Shown here: positions 48,675-58,086 of the stretch, in pieces
How the letters are laid out: the number at the start of each line of letters is the position of its first letter
Position numbering within the stretch: position 1 is the first letter of the stretch
Source of the DNA: Gallionellaceae bacterium UBA2239
GTDB taxonomy: Bacteria; Pseudomonadota; Gammaproteobacteria; Burkholderiales; UBA9220
Length of the DNA: 64,000 nucleotides
Assembly (NCBI GenBank): GCA_002347615.1
Contig: DDYH01000006.1
Location: 8,573-72,572, forward strand
Reading direction: 5' to 3'
Notes under the pieces: model-generated
What the model was told of the DNA's origin: nothing
What the model saw: the letters and a program-made list of their open reading frames with translations, nothing else
Database searches by the model: none
Program-made: the position numbers and the translations under genes

Positions 48675-48748
48675 CGCCGGCGACCTCGCCTGCATTGCCC
48701 TTCTGGATGCGGGCGGGCGCCCGATGCAGGCGAGTCGCCTGCGCTACA
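48671..48748. repeat. Long imperfect palindrome between convergent genes (possible bidirectional terminator)
   Basis: GTAGCGC-CG-GCGACCTCGCCTGCAT ... ATGCAGGCGAGTCGC-CT-GCGCTAC. Both stop codons lie in the outer arms. Confidence 0.55.
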
Positions 48749-50600
48749 CGGCCTGTTCCAGTGCTTCCGCCAGTTCCAGCCAGCCTTCCTCCAACTCCGC
48801 GATTTTCGCTTCCAGGGTTTCCCTCTCGGCGTTGGCCTCCCCGATGCGGGGATGGGTGGGGTCGGCATAAAAGGCCGGGTCGGCCAACTGCTGGTTGAGG
48901 GCGGCGAGCCGGTCCTGGGCCTGGGCCAGTTCCTTTTCCAGCTTTTCCTGCTTCGACAGCAGCGCTTTTTTCTTCGGCCGCGCCGGCTGCTCGGCCCGGG
49001 ATTTGGCTTCCGCCGGCTTAGGGGGGGCGGCTGCGGCGCGGCGGGTTTCCAGCCAGGCCTTGTAGTCCTCCAGGTCCCCGCTGAAGGGCGCGGCGGAGCC
49101 GTCCGCCACCAGCCACAGCTCGTCGGAGGTGGCGCGGATCAGGGCCCGGTCGTGGGACACCAGCACCATGGCGCCCTCGTAGTCCTCCAGGGCCAGGGTG
49201 AGGGCGTCCCGCATGTCCAGGTCCAGGTGGTTGGTGGGTTCGTCCAGCAGCAGCAGGTGGGGCTTCTGCCACGCCAGCAGGGCCAGGGCGAGGCGGCTTT
49301 TCTCGCCGCCGGAGAAGGTGCACACCGGGCGCTGTTCCTCCTCGCCCCCCAGCCCGAAGCGGCCGAGGAAGCTGCGCAGCTCCAGGGTGGTGACCTCGGG
49401 GGCCACGCGCTCCATGTGTTCCAGGGGGGTGGCGGAACCAATCAGGTGCTCCAGCTGGTGCTGGGCGAAGTAGCCGATGCGGATGTCGGGCGTGATTTCC
49501 AGGGTGCCGGCGGTGGGGGCCAGCTCCCCCGCCAGGAGCTTGACGAAGGTGGACTTGCCGGCGCCGTTGGGCCCCAGGAGGGCGACGCGGCTGCCTTTGC
49601 GGAGGACGAAATCGACGTGGGAGAAAATGGTCTTGTCGCCGTAGGCGAAGGCCGCCTGCTCCGCCTGGATCAGCCGGTCCGGGCCCCGCTCCGGGGCCTC
49701 GATGGCGAGGCCGAAGTGGCCGGCTTCCACGTGGGCCGGGGCGAGGCGCTCCAGCCGTTCCAGGGCCTTGAGGCGGCTCTGGGCCTGCTTGGCCTTGGTG
49801 GCCTTGGCCCGGAAGCGGCGCACGAAATCCTCCAGGTGGGCAATCTGGGCCTGCTGCTGGCGGAAGGCGGCGTCCTGCTGGGCGAGGCGTTCGGCGCGGG
49901 CGGTTTCGAAGGCGTCGTAGTCGCCGCTGTAGGCGTCGATGACCCCCTCGTGGACGTGGGCGATGCGGTTCACCACCGCGTTGAGGAATTCCCGGTCGTG
50001 GGACACCAGCAGGATGGAGCCGGGATAGCGGGCCAGATAGGCTTCCAGCCACAGGATGGCTTCCAGGTCCAGGTGGTTGGTGGGCTCGTCCAGCAGCAGC
50101 AGGTCGGCCCGCTTCATCAGGGCCCGGGCCAGGTTGAGGCGCATGCGCCAGCCGCCGGAGAAGCTGGACACCGGCCGGCTCAATTCGGCGGTGGAAAAGC
50201 CCAGGCCGTCCAGCAGTTGGGCCGCCCGGGCGGGGGCCGAATAGCCGTCGATGGCTTCGAAGCGGTGCTGGGCGTCGAACCAGGCGCTATCGTGGTTCTC
50301 CCGCGCCAGTTCCTTTTCCAACTGCCGCAGTTCGGTGTCCCCGTCGAGGACGAATTCCAGGGCGGGGCGCTCGGCGTTGGCGATTTCCTGCTCCACGAAG
50401 GCCAGGGTCTTGCCCGCCTGGAGGGCGATCTCGCCGCCTTCGGGCTTGACTTCGCCGCGGATGAGGCGGAACAGGGTGGATTTTCCGCAGCCGTTCTTGC
50501 CCACCAGGCCGATGCGCTGGTTGGCGAAGACTTGCAGGTTGGCGTCGGTGAGGAGCGGGGAGCCGCCGACGTGGTAGACGAGGTGGGTGATGGAAAGCAT
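48744..50600 (-). CDS. ABC-F family ATPase (two ABC cassettes, no TMD)
   Basis: Start at MLSITHL. Walker A GKNGCGKST and GPNGAGKST. Signatures FSGGWRMRL and FSGGEKSRL. Charged C-terminal coiled coil. Confidence 0.92.
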   Translation of the reverse strand: MLSITHLVYHVGGSPLLTDANLQVFANQRIGLVGKNGCGKSTLFRLIRGEVKPEGGEIALQAGKTLAFVEQEIANAERPALEFVLDGDTELRQLEKELARENHDSAWFDAQHRFEAIDGYSAPARAAQLLDGLGFSTAELSRPVSSFSGGWRMRLNLARALMKRADLLLLDEPTNHLDLEAILWLEAYLARYPGSILLVSHDREFLNAVVNRIAHVHEGVIDAYSGDYDAFETARAERLAQQDAAFRQQQAQIAHLEDFVRRFRAKATKAKQAQSRLKALERLERLAPAHVEAGHFGLAIEAPERGPDRLIQAEQAAFAYGDKTIFSHVDFVLRKGSRVALLGPNGAGKSTFVKLLAGELAPTAGTLEITPDIRIGYFAQHQLEHLIGSATPLEHMERVAPEVTTLELRSFLGRFGLGGEEEQRPVCTFSGGEKSRLALALLAWQKPHLLLLDEPTNHLDLDMRDALTLALEDYEGAMVLVSHDRALIRATSDELWLVADGSAAPFSGDLEDYKAWLETRRAAAAPPKPAEAKSRAEQPARPKKKALLSKQEKLEKELAQAQDRLAALNQQLADPAFYADPTHPRIGEANAERETLEAKIAELEEGWLELAEALEQAV

Positions 50601-50712
50601 CGCGGCATGATAGCAAAGGAGGGGTCTTGAAATCGCGTTTTCGTCACCTATATTCAGTTTACCCCCGGCCCCGTCCGGGAGCGACATGTGTACAAACCGA
50701 GAGGAGAGAATC

Positions 50713-51150
50713 ATGGCCAACCTTACCCGTTACGATCCCTTCGATGTGACCTTCGAGCCTTTCGACGATCTGTTCAAGGGTTTCTTCCGTCCGGTGCGCA
50801 TGGAGGGCATGGAGGGCGTGTCCCAGATGCAAATCAAGATGGACGTGAAGGAGAACGACAAGTCCTACACCGTCCACGCCGACATCCCCGGCGTGAAGAA
50901 GGAGGACATCCACGTCACCATCGACGGCAACCAGGTGTCCATCAGCGCCGAAGTGAAGAAGGAGAAAGAGGAGAAGGAGGGCGAAAAGGTGCTGCGCTCC
51001 GAGCGTTACTACGGCAAGGTGGCGCGCAGCTTCACCCTCGGCAGCGAGATCGACGAGGGCGCGTCCCAGGCCAAGTACGACAACGGCGTGCTGGAGTTGG
51101 TGCTGCCCAAGAAGACCTCCACCCCTTCCAAGAAGCTGGAAGTCAAGTAA
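50713..51150 (+). CDS. Hsp20/alpha-crystallin small heat-shock protein
   Basis: MANLTRYDPFD.. and ACD core DVKENDKSYTVHADIPGVKKEDIHV .. YDNGVLELVLPK. Confidence 0.92.
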   Translation: MANLTRYDPFDVTFEPFDDLFKGFFRPVRMEGMEGVSQMQIKMDVKENDKSYTVHADIPGVKKEDIHVTIDGNQVSISAEVKKEKEEKEGEKVLRSERYYGKVARSFTLGSEIDEGASQAKYDNGVLELVLPKKTSTPSKKLEVK

Positions 51151-51191
51151 GCGCCTCACCCCCGGCCCAAGCCGGGGGAGAAAGGTCCATC

Positions 51192-51740
51192 ATGCAACGA
51201 CCCCTGCAAATCACTTTCCGCGACATCCGCCATTCCGACGCCATCGAAAGCCATATCCGGGAGAAAGTGGAAAAACTGGAGCAGTTCTACGACGGAATCA
51301 TCGGCTGCCGGGTGGTGGTGGGTGAAGTCCGGCGCCATCATCATCAGGGCAAGTGGATCAACATCCGGGTCGACCTCACCGTCCCCGGCGCCGAGATCGT
51401 GGTCAACCGCGACAAGGCGGAGGACGCCATGGTCGCCATCCGCGACGCCTTCGACGCGGCCAAGCGCAAGCTGGAGGACCACGTGCGGCGCCAGCGGGGC
51501 GACGTGAAGATCCACGAGCCGGAGCGCCACGGCATCGTCGCCCGCCTGTTTCCCGAGGAGGGCTACGGCTTCATCACCGACGACGACGGCGCCGAGCTGT
51601 ATTTCCACCGCTACAACGTGGTGCACCCCGATTTCGACCAGCTGATCCTGGGGGAGGAGGTGGTGTTCCTGGAGGAGATGGCGGAGGAGGGTCCCCAGGC
51701 CAACCGGGTCAGCGTCGGCAAGCATCATCCCTTGGCGTGA
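51192..51740 (+). CDS. HPF/RaiA-like ribosome-associated domain fused to a cold-shock (CSD/S1-like) domain
   Basis: N-terminal ITFRDIRHSDAIESHIREKVEKLEQFY..MVAIRDAFDAAKRKLE (HPF/YfiA-like). C-terminal HGIVARLFPEEGYGFITDDDGAELYFH..EEGPQANRVSV (CSD-like). Confidence 0.75.
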   Translation: MQRPLQITFRDIRHSDAIESHIREKVEKLEQFYDGIIGCRVVVGEVRRHHHQGKWINIRVDLTVPGAEIVVNRDKAEDAMVAIRDAFDAAKRKLEDHVRRQRGDVKIHEPERHGIVARLFPEEGYGFITDDDGAELYFHRYNVVHPDFDQLILGEEVVFLEEMAEEGPQANRVSVGKHHPLA

Positions 51741-51762
51741 AGGCGGCCCTTGGGTTGAACCA

Positions 51763-51790
51763 AAGCCGGATAAATCCCGGCTTTTTTGTT
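51763..51790 (+). terminator. Rho-independent terminator
   Basis: AAGCCGG (51763-51769), 7-nt loop, CCGGCTT (51777-51783), running into TTTTTTGTTT. Confidence 0.75.
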
Positions 51791-51829
51791 TGCGCTCACT
51801 TCGATTAAAATAGCCGCCAGTCACCGTAA

Positions 51830-52738
<909 letters not shown>

Positions 52739-52740
52739 AA

Positions 52741-52832
52741 TGCTTTCCCTCACCCCCAGCCCCTCCGCGGGGTGGGCGGCACGCCGCCCATCCCTGCTTA
52801 CCCCGCTTCCCGCTTGCGGGGGAGGGGGGAGA
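52741..52832. repeat. Family A-related palindromic repeats
   Basis: CCCTCACCCCCAGCCCCTCCGCGGGGTGGG and CCCGCTTCCCGCTTGCGGGGGAGGGGGG. Confidence 0.65.
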
Positions 52833-52834
52833 AG

Positions 52835-53473
52835 ATGAGGCGGGTGTGGGTGTTCGACCTGGACAACACCCTGCACAACGCTTTCCCCCACATCTTCCCC
52901 CACATCAACCGGGCCATGACCGAATACCTCATGGCCCACCTGAAACTGGACGAGGCGGGGGCCAACCAGCTGCGGGAGCATTACTGGCACCGCTACGGCG
53001 CCACCCTGCTGGGGCTGATGCGCCACCACGGCACCGACCCGGACCATTTCCTGCGGGAAACCCATCAGTTCCCGGATTTGCCGCGGATGGTGGTGAAGGA
53101 GCGGGGCCTGCGGGCGATGCTCAAGGGCCTTCCCGGGCGCAAGGTGGTGTTTTCCAACGCGCCCATTCATTACACCCGGGCGGTGCTGGCAATTCTGCAT
53201 ATCGCCGACCTGTTCGACGGGGTGTTCAGCGTCGAACACACCGGCTACTGGCCCAAGCCCTACGCCAAGGGCTTCCACCGGCTGTTCCGCAAGCTGAAGC
53301 TCAACCCCAGGCGGGCGGTGATGGTGGAGGACTCGGTGGGCAACCTGCGCACCGCCAAGCGGCTGGGGATGAAGACGGTGTGGGTCACCCCGGCCGTCAA
53401 GCGCCCGGCCTACGTGGACCTGAACGTGAGGTCGGTGCTGGAACTGCCGCGACTAATGCACAAATTGTTCTAG
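52835..53473 (+). CDS. HAD-superfamily pyrimidine 5'-nucleotidase-like hydrolase
   Basis: WVFDLDNTLH (motif I), VFSNAP (motif II), ..VEDSVGNL.. (motif IV). Confidence 0.8.
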   Translation: MRRVWVFDLDNTLHNAFPHIFPHINRAMTEYLMAHLKLDEAGANQLREHYWHRYGATLLGLMRHHGTDPDHFLRETHQFPDLPRMVVKERGLRAMLKGLPGRKVVFSNAPIHYTRAVLAILHIADLFDGVFSVEHTGYWPKPYAKGFHRLFRKLKLNPRRAVMVEDSVGNLRTAKRLGMKTVWVTPAVKRPAYVDLNVRSVLELPRLMHKLF

Positions 53474-53486
53474 GAGGAGAGAAAAA

Positions 53487-54062
53487 ATGGCTGCCAAACC
53501 CGGCGAACGCAAGCTGCAAATCCTGCAAGTGCTGGCGGAAATGCTGCAAAGCCCGAAAGGGGAGAAGATCACCACCGCCGCCCTGGCGGCGAAGCTGGAG
53601 GTGTCGGAAGCGGCCCTCTACCGCCACTTCGCCAGCAAGGCCCAGATGTTCGAGGGCCTGATCGAGTTCATCGAGCAGACCCTGTTCGGCCTCATCAACA
53701 AGATCACCGCCGAGGAGAAGAGCGGGGTCAAGCAGGCCGACGCCATCCTGTCTCTGCTGCTGGCCTTCGCCAAGAAGAATCCGGGCATGACCCGGGTGCT
53801 GATCGGCGACGCCCTGGTGAACGAGGACGAGCGGCTCCAGGCCCGCATCAACCAGCTCTACGACCGCATCGAATCCACCCTGAAGCAGGCCCTGCGCTTC
53901 GCCGCCGGCCAGAACGAAATCCCCGCCGGCCTGGATGCGGCGGCCCACGCCAACACCCTGATGTGCTTCGTCGCCGGCCGCTGGCACCAGTTCGCCAAGA
54001 GCGGCTTCAAGCGGGACCCGATGGAGTACTGGGAGGCCCAGCGCAAGGCGTTGCTGGGTTAA
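53487..54062 (+). CDS. slmA: Nucleoid occlusion factor SlmA (TetR family)
   Basis: RKLQILQVLAEMLQSPKGEKITTAALAAKLEVSEAALYRHFASKAQMFEGLIEFIE is characteristic of SlmA. Confidence 0.88.
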   Translation: MAAKPGERKLQILQVLAEMLQSPKGEKITTAALAAKLEVSEAALYRHFASKAQMFEGLIEFIEQTLFGLINKITAEEKSGVKQADAILSLLLAFAKKNPGMTRVLIGDALVNEDERLQARINQLYDRIESTLKQALRFAAGQNEIPAGLDAAAHANTLMCFVAGRWHQFAKSGFKRDPMEYWEAQRKALLG

Positions 54063-54152
54063 AGAGCCGTTCGTGCTGAGGTATCGAAGCGCGAACACGA
54101 TGCAGAACTCCGTTGCCGTTCACCCTTCGATACCTCAGGGCGAACGGCTTTT
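54061..54152. repeat. Palindromic repeat, family E (about 27-bp arms); may terminate slmA
   Basis: AGAGCCGTTCGTGCTGAGGTATCGAAG pairs with CTTCGATACCTCAGGGCGAACGGCTTT, then TTTTCT. Confidence 0.75.
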
Positions 54153-54178
54153 TCTGGGTTTCCTCTGGGGGATCGGTT

Positions 54179-54610
54179 TTATTCCACCCACTCCTCCTCG
54201 CCGCCGAGGGAGATTTTTCCTTCGGCGGCGAGCTGCCGCGCCCGCTTGAGTATCTGGCGTCGGACAGTATCCATTTCCGCGGCGGTAGTCCTGCTGCCTT
54301 CCATGTCTTCCTTCATCTGTTCCGCCACCCGGCGGGACAGGTTGGCGAACGCTTTGTCCAGCAGGGCCTGGGGCGCACCGTGAAGCGCCGTCGCCAGGTC
54401 TTCCGGGGCGATTTCCCGCAGAAGTGTTTGTAGGGAGTGCTTGTCCAGGTCGGCCAGCTGGTCAAAAGTGAACAGGCTGCCCTCCACCTGCTCGGCCAGT
54501 TTCGGGTCGTGCTGCTTCAGGGTTTCCAGGGCCGAGGCTTGCTGGGAGGCGGGGAGGTTGCCCAGGAGTTCGGCGGCGATTTCGGCCGGGGTGGGAGGGC
54601 GCCGGGGCAT
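54179..54610 (-). CDS. Stand-alone FliG C-terminal-domain-like protein
   Basis: 143 aa. LFTFDQLADLDKHSLQTLLREIAPEDLATALHGAPQALLDKAFANLSRRVAEQMKEDME follows the FliG_C pattern. No flagellar genes nearby. Confidence 0.65.
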   Translation of the reverse strand: MPRRPPTPAEIAAELLGNLPASQQASALETLKQHDPKLAEQVEGSLFTFDQLADLDKHSLQTLLREIAPEDLATALHGAPQALLDKAFANLSRRVAEQMKEDMEGSRTTAAEMDTVRRQILKRARQLAAEGKISLGGEEEWVE

Positions 54611-54620
54611 GGCAGCAGGT

Positions 54621-55367
54621 TCAGCCTCCGCACACCGGGCAGGCGGGGTCTTGGGCGAGTTTGATGGAGCGCCATTCCATGCGCAGGCCGTCCAGCAGCA
54701 GCAGCCGGCCGGTGAGGCTTTCCCCGGTGCCGGCGAGGAGCTTCAGGGCCTCCGCCGCCTGCACCGAGCCGATGATGCCCACCAGGGGCGCGAACACGCC
54801 GAGGGTGGCGCAGCGTTCCTCTTCGTGGTCGGCTTCCTCGGGAAACAGGCAGTGGTAGCAGGGGCTATGGGGGCGGGAAAAGTCGAATACCGTCACCTGG
54901 CCGTCGAAGCGCACCGCGGCGCCGGACACCAGGGGTTTCCCGTGCGCGACGCAGGCCCGGTTGACGGCGTGGCGGGTGGCGAAGTTGTCGCTGGCATCCA
55001 GCACGATGTCGGCCTGGCTGACCAGGTGTTCCAGCTCGGCGCCTTCCAGCCGCCGGGGCACGGCCGCCACCCGGGTCTCCGGGTTGATGGCGCCCAGGGC
55101 CCGCTGGATGGAGGCGGCCTTGTTGGTGCCCAGGGAGTGGGTGGTGTGGGCGATCTGGCGCTGGAGGTTGGTGAGGTCCACGGTGTCGCCGTCGCACACG
55201 GTCAGGGTGCCCACGCCGGCGGAGGCCAGGTACAGGGAAACCGGCGACCCCAGCCCGCCGGCGCCGATCACCAGGGCGTGGGCGGCCAGCAGCCGTTCCT
55301 GCCCCTCGATGCCGATCTGGGGCAGCAGGATGTGGCGGCTGTAGCGCAGGAGTTGATTGTCGTCCAT
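54621..55367 (-). CDS. moeB: Molybdopterin-synthase adenylyltransferase (ThiF/MoeB family)
   Basis: MDDNQLLRYSRHILLPQIGIEGQERL, GAGGLGSP, paired CxxC motifs (CYHC, CPVC). Confidence 0.88.
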   Translation of the reverse strand: MDDNQLLRYSRHILLPQIGIEGQERLLAAHALVIGAGGLGSPVSLYLASAGVGTLTVCDGDTVDLTNLQRQIAHTTHSLGTNKAASIQRALGAINPETRVAAVPRRLEGAELEHLVSQADIVLDASDNFATRHAVNRACVAHGKPLVSGAAVRFDGQVTVFDFSRPHSPCYHCLFPEEADHEEERCATLGVFAPLVGIIGSVQAAEALKLLAGTGESLTGRLLLLDGLRMEWRSIKLAQDPACPVCGG

Positions 55368-55442
55368 GGGGCTAGTGTAGGGCTTCGCGAGGCCGAAACG
55401 CAAACGGCCGCCCGGAGGCGGCCGTTGCGGGGTTGAAGCGGC

Positions 55443-56846
55443 TTACTTCTTCTGCAGTATCTGCAAGCCCTTGAGCAGGTTGAGGGCCTGGTTGAGCTGG
55501 TAGTCGGATTTGGACACCAGTTCCGGCTTGCCGTCGGCCTTGGTCTTCTTGTCCTTGGCCTTTTCCGGCTCCGGCTTGGTCTCGGGCTGGACCGGCTTGC
55601 TCGTGACCTCCTCGGATTTGTTGCCATTGCCCAGATGGCGCTCCAGATCGGCTTCCCGGATGCTCAGGCTCTGGTCCACGCCGTTGACGGTGGCGTCTTC
55701 CACCACGATGTCGGGCTCGATGCCCTTGGCCTGGATGGAGCGGCCGCCGGGGGTGAAGTAGCGGGCGGTGGTGAGCTTGATGGCGGTGTTGTTGCCCAGG
55801 GGCAGCACGGTCTGCACCGAGCCCTTGCCGAAGGACTGGGTGCCCATGACGATGGCCCGCTTGTGGTCCTGGAGGGCGCCGGCGACGATCTCGGAGGCGG
55901 AGGCGGTGCCGCCGTTCACCAGCACCACGATGGGGACGGTCTTCACCGCGGCGGGCAGTCTCTTGATGTAATCATCGTCCCGGGGGCCGTGGAGGTAGAA
56001 CTCCTTGCTGGCGGACAGCCGCATCTTGGCATCCTCGGCGCGGCCTTCGGTGTACACCACCAGCTGTCCCGGCTGGAGGAAGGCGGCGGATACCGCCACG
56101 GCGGTGTTGAGCAGGCCGCCCGGATCGTTGCGCAGGTCCAGTACCAGGCCCTTCAAGGGCTCCTTGTTTTCCTTGTACAGGTTCTCCAGGGCCTTGGCCA
56201 GGTCTTCGCCGGTGCGTTCCTGGAACTGGGTGATGCGGATGTAGCCGTAGCCCGCTTCGGCCAGCTTGGACTTGACGCTCTGGACTTTGATCACCGCCCG
56301 TGTGAGGGTGAAGACCTGGGGCTTGCTCTCGCCCTTGCGCAGCACGGTGAGGGTGATGGAGGTGCCGGGCTTGCCGCGCATGCGCTTCACCGCGTCGTTG
56401 AGGGTCAAGCCCTTCACCGGGGTGTCGTCCAGCTTGATGATCAGGTCGCCGCTCTTGAGGCCGGCGTGGTAGGCGGGGGTGTCCTCGATGGGGGACACCA
56501 CTTTGACGAAGCCGTCTTCCATGCCCACTTCTATCCCCAGGCCGCCGAACTCGCCCTGGGTGCCGACGCGCAGTTCCTTGAAGGCGTCCGCGTCCAGGTA
56601 GGCGGAATGGGGGTCGAGGCCGGAGAGCATGCCGTTGATGGCCTCGGTGATGAGTTTCTTGTCCTCGACGGGTTCGACGTAGTCGTTCTTGATCTTGCCG
56701 AATACCTCGGTGAAGGCGCGCAGTTCCTCCACCGGCAGGGGGCCGGGGCCCACCTTGTCGGCCACGGCGGAAAAGTTGAGGCTCAACATGACGCCGATCA
56801 CGGCGCCGAAGGCGATGAGACTGACCTGCTTGAATTTGCCACCCAT
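55443..56846 (-). CDS. ctpA: Carboxy-terminal processing (S41) peptidase
   Basis: PDZ (GDLIIKLDDTPV) and S41 core (VLVNGGTASASEIVAGALQD.. GTQSFGKGSVQ). Confidence 0.9.
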   Translation of the reverse strand: MGGKFKQVSLIAFGAVIGVMLSLNFSAVADKVGPGPLPVEELRAFTEVFGKIKNDYVEPVEDKKLITEAINGMLSGLDPHSAYLDADAFKELRVGTQGEFGGLGIEVGMEDGFVKVVSPIEDTPAYHAGLKSGDLIIKLDDTPVKGLTLNDAVKRMRGKPGTSITLTVLRKGESKPQVFTLTRAVIKVQSVKSKLAEAGYGYIRITQFQERTGEDLAKALENLYKENKEPLKGLVLDLRNDPGGLLNTAVAVSAAFLQPGQLVVYTEGRAEDAKMRLSASKEFYLHGPRDDDYIKRLPAAVKTVPIVVLVNGGTASASEIVAGALQDHKRAIVMGTQSFGKGSVQTVLPLGNNTAIKLTTARYFTPGGRSIQAKGIEPDIVVEDATVNGVDQSLSIREADLERHLGNGNKSEEVTSKPVQPETKPEPEKAKDKKTKADGKPELVSKSDYQLNQALNLLKGLQILQKK

Positions 56847-56879
56847 GTTTCAGTTGCTCCGATTGTGGAATATGTCTCC

Positions 56880-58085
56880 CTAGCCGCGGCTCAGCCAACT
56901 GGAGGGGTTGACCGGTTTGCTCTGGTAGCGAAGTTCAAAGTATAAACCTGTTTGTGAAATGCCGCCGCTGTTGCCCACGGAGGCGATGCTCTCGCCCATT
57001 TTCACCCCCTCCCCCTCCTGCTTGTAGAGGGATTCCGCGTTGGCGTAGAGGCTCATGAAGCCGGCGCCGTGGTCGACGATGATGAGGTTGCCGAAGCCCC
57101 GCATCCAGTCGGCGAACACCACCTTGCCCGGGGCCACCGCCTTGATCGCCTCCCCTTCCCGCGCCTTGATGAAGAGCCCCTTCCAGGGCACGCCGGTTTC
57201 GTCCCTTGGTGCGCCGAAACGGCCGCTTAGTTCCCCCTTCACCGGGAAGGGCAGCTTGCCCTTGTGCCGCTGGAAAGCGCTGCCGCTGGTGTCCGGCTCG
57301 GCCAGTTGCACCCGGGCGCTGCTGGATTTTCCGGCGGACTTGGGTTCCGGGGTTGATTTGCGGGCCTTGGCCGCGGCCCGGCTTTGGCGCTCCAGGCGCT
57401 CCATCAACTGGGTGAGGCGCTGCTGGTCCCGTTGGAGGCGGCTGATTTCCTTGCGCTGGGTGTCGATCTGCTTCGACAGCCGGGTCAGCACTTCGGCCCG
57501 TTCCTGCTTGCTGGCCAGCAGGGTTTCTTTCTGCTGGGTCTGCTCGGCCTTCACCTGGGCCAGCTCCTCCTGCTTTTCCTTGGCGACGTCGGTGATGGTC
57601 TGCAAGGTTTCCAGGTTGCTGCGCATGCGCAGCAGCAGGTCGGCGTGGGCCCGGTAGATATAGGTGTAGTAGCGCATGTGGCGCGCCACCTGGTTGGGGT
57701 CCTGCTGATTGAGGAGGATCTTGAAGGCGTCCTGCTGGCCGCCGGCGGTGTACTGCTGGCGCATCAGCGTGGCCAGGGTTTTCTGCTGGCGGGCGATGGC
57801 GCCCTGGGTCTTGCCCGACTGCAAGTGCAGGTCCCCCAGCCGTTCCCGGAGGGATCGCTCCTGCTGGTCCAGGTCACGCAGCTTGCGGTTGGTATGGCTG
57901 ATGGCCAGCTCGCTCTGGCGCAGGGCGTCCGCCGCTTCCTTGTGGGAGGCCTCGGTGGACTTCATTTCCTTTTTCAGCGCCCCGATGCGCTCCTTGACGT
58001 CCTTCAGCTCCGACTTTGGGCTGGGGGCCGCCGCGCAGGGTACGGCCAGCAGCAGTAGCAGACCGCAGCCCCAAAGCCGTTTCAT
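56880..58085 (-). CDS. envC: Murein hydrolase activator EnvC-like (coiled coil + LytM/M23 domain)
   Basis: Signal peptide, long coiled coil, C-terminal M23-like ..FGNLIIVDHGAGFMSLYAN..GESIASVGNSGG..LYFELR.. Confidence 0.85.
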   Translation of the reverse strand: MKRLWGCGLLLLLAVPCAAAPSPKSELKDVKERIGALKKEMKSTEASHKEAADALRQSELAISHTNRKLRDLDQQERSLRERLGDLHLQSGKTQGAIARQQKTLATLMRQQYTAGGQQDAFKILLNQQDPNQVARHMRYYTYIYRAHADLLLRMRSNLETLQTITDVAKEKQEELAQVKAEQTQQKETLLASKQERAEVLTRLSKQIDTQRKEISRLQRDQQRLTQLMERLERQSRAAAKARKSTPEPKSAGKSSSARVQLAEPDTSGSAFQRHKGKLPFPVKGELSGRFGAPRDETGVPWKGLFIKAREGEAIKAVAPGKVVFADWMRGFGNLIIVDHGAGFMSLYANAESLYKQEGEGVKMGESIASVGNSGGISQTGLYFELRYQSKPVNPSSWLSRG

Positions 58086-58086
58086 G

